Shown here one piece after another: positions 62,336 through 64,000 of a DNA stretch of 64,000 bases (positions are counted from its first letter, which is position 1; the number at the start of each line of letters is the position of its first letter). Below the pieces are notes generated by a model. That model was not told the origin of the DNA, did not search any database, and saw only the letters and a program-made list of their open reading frames with translations. A program made the translations under genes and the position numbers. The stretch comes from Basidiobolus meristosporus CBS 931.73 (lineage: Eukaryota; Fungi; Basidiobolomycota), in the NCBI GenBank assembly GCA_002104905.1, contig MCFE01000070.1:1-64000 (forward strand). Reading direction: 5' to 3'.

Positions 62336-63015
62336 GTACACTTGTTACGTGAGATAGTACCACATGGAGTCATGAGTACAAAAGTGTGTCAAGGAGGCCA
62401 TGTGGACCTGATTATGGCCACAGAGTGTGAAATGTAGATATTCAACTTCATGCAAAGCAGCTCCTGGTTTTTGCCCATTGAGCTGGAGAAAATTCAATTT
62501 TTGACCTTTTTTTGAGAACAATATTGTGCATGATATGTAAGAGCACAGAATGACTGAAAACATGCATTTAGTACTCAATACCAATGGTACTCTAATCTAG
62601 CTTCTGTGGCTTATAATATATCACAAAAGTACATGGTACTTACTGGTACTGTACTGTATTGGTTTTACTCTAGGCTGATATTTAAATATAGTGTCATAAA
62701 GTGCCATGAATTTTTGTGTCATGTCACATGCCACAGGAGCTAGATTCAGAGTGCCATGGGTATTGAGTACTGGATGCACTTTATCAATCCTTCTGTCCTC
62801 TTGCAAATTATGCACATCATTCAACCCAAAAAAAAAGTCAAAAAATGGATTTTCTGCCACAAAATTGGTGAATACAGGGGCTGCTTTGCATGAAGATGAA
62901 TAACTATTCTTCAAAATCAATGGCCAAGTATAAGTCCATTTGGTCTCCCTGGTGCACTGTGGTATTATTTGGCACTGATTAACTAATGTGGCAATATCCA
63001 ATAGAGTAAGTCTAG
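62336..63015. mobile_element. Fold-back palindromic element, copy 3 (older, diverged)
   Basis: Both arms recognisable; ends GTAAGTCTAG followed by TA. Confidence 0.75.
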
Positions 63016-63924
63016 TAGTTTACCACTTAGTTGATGAGTGCACTGCCAGAGCATGGTCAGGTGAAACAGCAAGTGCATATGCAGCTTCATGCATTGGCAT
63101 GACCCCTGGCTAAGTTTCATGCATTGCTACTTGTCAATGTAACTTGGGACACTCAAATGAACCTGTGTCTAATCAGACAATTTTGCAAATTCTTGTACCA
63201 TTGTTCTGAACCACACATGTTGACCTGAAGTGTAGTGCTCTTGCAAAGAGTGGTGAAGTAGACTAGACTGAAATGTGCAGCCATGCTGGCATTGTAGGGG
63301 ATAGTAAGGAATCCAATGGGGTGTACCAGTACAATATAGACACAGTTGCCTACAGTCTCTATTCTTCCTCTTGAAGCTCATCTTCTGATTCCGCAAGGTA
63401 TTCACCTACCCTCTGTCAGATACTTTGAAACTGGCACCTTGATGAGTCCTGTGTTTATTGCTCTTGGAAGTCACTTAACTCTACTAATATATCATGCAGT
63501 ACATTAGAAATCTCCTTGATCCCCAAAGTTGAGGCATACACAGATGCATCCAGTCTGTACTGTTCAAATTGAGCACAAAATTTCCTGTGCACAGCTTCCT
63601 CATTAATTCCCATCTCTCTCAGCACACTCTTGGTTGCAATACTTGTCTTGTTAAATATCTTCCCAAAAACATCTGCTAGCATCTTGATGTTGAACTCCAG
63701 CCACTGCTTGCTAATCTAGTTCTCCCATCTTTGTCAGATCTCTGAGGTATCCAGTTTGGCTAGATTACCAAGTATTGCCAAATATCTGTATGAAGGCTCA
63801 TTATAGACACTTGGTCTTTACTATCATCATTTGGCAAGAACTTGCATGGATCCAACATTGTTTTCTCCAGTTTGAACTGTGCTAGTGAGCTGCAGTATGG
63901 GTTTTGTCTATGTAGTACTGAAGA

Positions 63925-64000
63925 TGCTGAAATACTGGACTATTTGGTATCATTCTGCAGCTAAAAGTTAACTTAACAGTTCTGGACTAGTCTTGGTCAC
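63925..64000 (+). mobile_element. LTR family B start (runs off the window)
   Basis: TGCTGAAATACTGGACTATTTGGTATC. Confidence 0.75.

Noticed and set aside
32300-64000. Many 60-140 aa ORFs in the ORF track
   Set aside because: Fragments or antisense frames of mutated transposons and palindrome arms, not host genes.

Overview
Eukaryotic, intron-rich fungal DNA, probably an early-diverging lineage (the taxon is an inference). A CpG-normal gene island (~2.95-32.25 kb) lies between two strongly CpG-depleted blocks of decayed transposons (1-2.9 kb and 32.3-64 kb). The gene island contains two small secreted Cys-rich proteins plus a frameshifted paralog, a GH31 alpha-glucosidase, SCC2/NIPBL, SYG1/XPR1, an HMG-box transcription factor, an AA11-like LPMO with a CBM19-like tail, TVP23, PRP46/PLRG1 and an intronless bacterial-type KdsD/GutQ (SIS-CBS-CBS) gene. 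The most striking element is a CRISPR-looking array at 9.87-11.08 kb: six near-identical 79-80 nt units separated by unrelated ~135-155 nt spacers. On the minus strand each unit is a complete box C/D snoRNA (snR13-like, antisense to LSU rRNA), and each sits in its own predicted spliceosomal intron of an apparently non-coding host transcript. The transposon blocks hold nested Ty1/copia remnants with half-tRNA-iMet primer sites, Ty3/gypsy remnants, three ~0.7 kb fold-back palindromic elements, and a foreign-looking ORF split by one of those palindromes. Coordinates of decayed elements are approximate.
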